The notes under the pieces: model-generated | What the model was told of the DNA's origin: nothing | What the model saw: the letters and a program-made list of their open reading frames with translations, nothing else | The model's database searches: none | From: an uncultured Actinomycetes bacterium | GTDB taxonomy: Bacteria > Actinomycetota > Acidimicrobiia > Acidimicrobiales > Microtrichaceae | NCBI GenBank assembly: GCA_903868545.1 | Contig: CAIPVR010000306.1 | Coordinates: 1-63,122, forward strand | Direction of reading: 5' to 3' | Length of the DNA stretch: 63,122 nucleotides | Shown: piece by piece, positions 61,956 to 63,122 of the stretch | How positions within the stretch are numbered: position 1 is the stretch's first letter | Layout: each line of letters begins with the position of its first letter | Program-made: the position numbers and the translations under genes

Positions 61956-62015
61956 GGGGCCATTCCACAACGGCCCGACGCAGGGGGCAACCCGGGCGGC
62001 GGTACCCTCGGCGGC

Positions 62016-63122
62016 GTGCGCACCCACCTCCGCCTCGGCCGCCTGCTCGGGGTTCCCATCGGGCTCAACTGGGGCGTGCTGCTGGTGGCCGCGCTCCTGC
62101 TGTGGAGCCTCGCCGAGGTGTCGTTGCCCAACATCGCGCCGCGCCAGCCGTCGAGTGCCTACTGGTTCGCCGCGTTGGTGGGTGTGCTCGGGTTCCTCGT
62201 GTCCCTCGTCGGCCACGAGCTGGGACACAGCTACGTGGCGGGGCGCAACGGGGTGGACGTGGTGGAGATCACCCTGTGGCTCTTCGGCGGCGTCGCGAAG
62301 CTCGAGGGCGACGCCGACGACCCCGGCGCCGAGTTCCGGATCGCGGCGGCCGGCCCGGCCATGAGCGGCCTCATCGCGGTGGCGGTCGGCCTCCTGGCGT
62401 GGTGGGCCCAGTCGGCCGGCTCCTCGAGGGTGCTCGTCGCGCTGCTGATCTGGCTGAGCGCCATCAACGTGGTGCTCGCCGTGTCGAACCTGCTGCCGGC
62501 GTTCCCGCTCGACGGCGGCCGGATGCTGCGCGCCGTGCTCTGGCGTCGGTCGCGGCGGAAGCTTCCCGCCACCCGCACTGCCTCCCTCATCGGCCAGGTG
62601 CTGGCCGGCGTCATGGTCGTCGGCGGTGTGGCGCTGGCAGTGTGGGTGTCGGTGTGGAACGGGCTCTGGCTCGTGGCGCTCGGCCTCTTCCTCTTCGTGG
62701 CGGCCCGGGCCGAGTGGACCGCCAGCGCCCCCGCACCGGAGCTGCTGCAGGTGCAGGTCCGCCAGCTCGGTCGACGCCTCCCGCCGCCGCTCACCCCGGG
62801 TGCCTCGGTGGCCGACCTCGAACGGGTGCTGGCGGCCGACCGTCGGGCGCCGTGGGTGCCGGTCACCGACGACCGCGGATCGGTGGCCGCCCTGGTCACC
62901 CGTGACGCCGTGCAGCGGGTGCCCCCCGCCCAGCGTCCGGTCGTTCCCATCAGGTCGCTCGCCGAGCCGCTGGTGTCGCTGCCGAGGGTGTCGCCGTCGG
63001 AGTCGCTCGAGGCGGTGCTGGGCCGCCTCGGCCGGGGCCGCTCGTGGTGGGCGCTCGTGACCGACGGCGACGGCGTCGGCAGCGTCCTCTGCTCCGAGGA
63101 CGTCGACGAGATCCTCGAGCGC
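62016..63122 (+). CDS. M50 (site-2 protease family) metalloprotease with C-terminal CBS pair, 3' end outside window
   Basis: This ORF is not in the track because it runs off the window. I translated it by hand: GTG 62016 VRTHLRLGRLLGVPIGLNW, HELGH, NLLPAFPLDGG. TACCCT lies 7 nt upstream of the GTG. Confidence 0.8.
   Translation, partial: MRTHLRLGRLLGVPIGLNWGVLLVAALLLWSLAEVSLPNIAPRQPSSAYWFAALVGVLGFLVSLVGHELGHSYVAGRNGVDVVEITLWLFGGVAKLEGDADDPGAEFRIAAAGPAMSGLIAVAVGLLAWWAQSAGSSRVLVALLIWLSAINVVLAVSNLLPAFPLDGGRMLRAVLWRRSRRKLPATRTASLIGQVLAGVMVVGGVALAVWVSVWNGLWLVALGLFLFVAARAEWTASAPAPELLQVQVRQLGRRLPPPLTPGASVADLERVLAADRRAPWVPVTDDRGSVAALVTRDAVQRVPPAQRPVVPIRSLAEPLVSLPRVSPSESLEAVLGRLGRGRSWWALVTDGDGVGSVLCSEDVDEILER

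Noticed and set aside
1-63122. Mobile elements, prophage, integrative island borders, and tRNA/rRNA/ncRNA genes.
   Set aside because: No transposase, integrase or recombinase-like ORF is present, and I noticed no terminal inverted repeats. No AT-rich island or cloverleaf-like non-coding stretch is visible. The largest non-coding gaps are about 230 bp (18300-18532, the divergent fused-ACAD/SDR spacer holding operator sites 6 and 7) and about 110 bp (39021-39129). My visual scan cannot exclude small ncRNAs.

Overview
This is a very GC-rich, gene-dense segment of actinobacterial type. I call 57 CDS, and almost all of the window is coding. Many genes are translationally coupled through ATGA or GTGA overlaps. 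I recognise no rRNA, tRNA, CRISPR array, transposase, integrase or transcription-factor gene. The many long Arg/Pro/Gly-rich ORFs in the track are GC artefacts antisense or out of frame to the real genes. The content reads as one extended catabolic super-cluster. (1) Steroid/branched-lipid-style beta-oxidation modules: family III CoA-transferase, two thiolase+DUF35 pairs, MaoC hotdog hydratases, several acyl-CoA dehydrogenases (one fused two-domain type and one split alpha/beta pair), MFE-2-type SDRs, a crotonase, and four AMP-dependent CoA ligases. (2) A complete hexuronate route (uxaC-uxaB-eda-kdgK, divergent from uxaA, an alpha/beta hydrolase and a GH4 glycosidase). (3) A Baeyer-Villiger monooxygenase cluster with four amidohydrolase_2 paralogues, an LLM oxidoreductase, a CMD-family protein, a two-domain SDR fusion and a tandem-duplicated hypothetical protein. 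(4) An 8-gene overlapping operon that mixes acyl-CoA enzymes with a 2-hydroxyacid dehydrogenase, a class II aldolase and a GMC/small-subunit dehydrogenase pair. (5) A cytoplasmic Cys-type sulfatase. (6) A Liv-type ABC importer co-operonic with redox enzymes. (7) A malonyl-CoA decarboxylase-like gene, an LDH/MDH-like gene and a partial M50/CBS protease. The strongest non-genic signals are three. A 16-bp palindrome (CTRAC-N6-GTCAN) occurs at 12 promoter or junction sites with no regulator gene in the window. Leaderless promoter architecture is widespread. Short tandem repeats sit exactly on gene starts, stops and C-termini.
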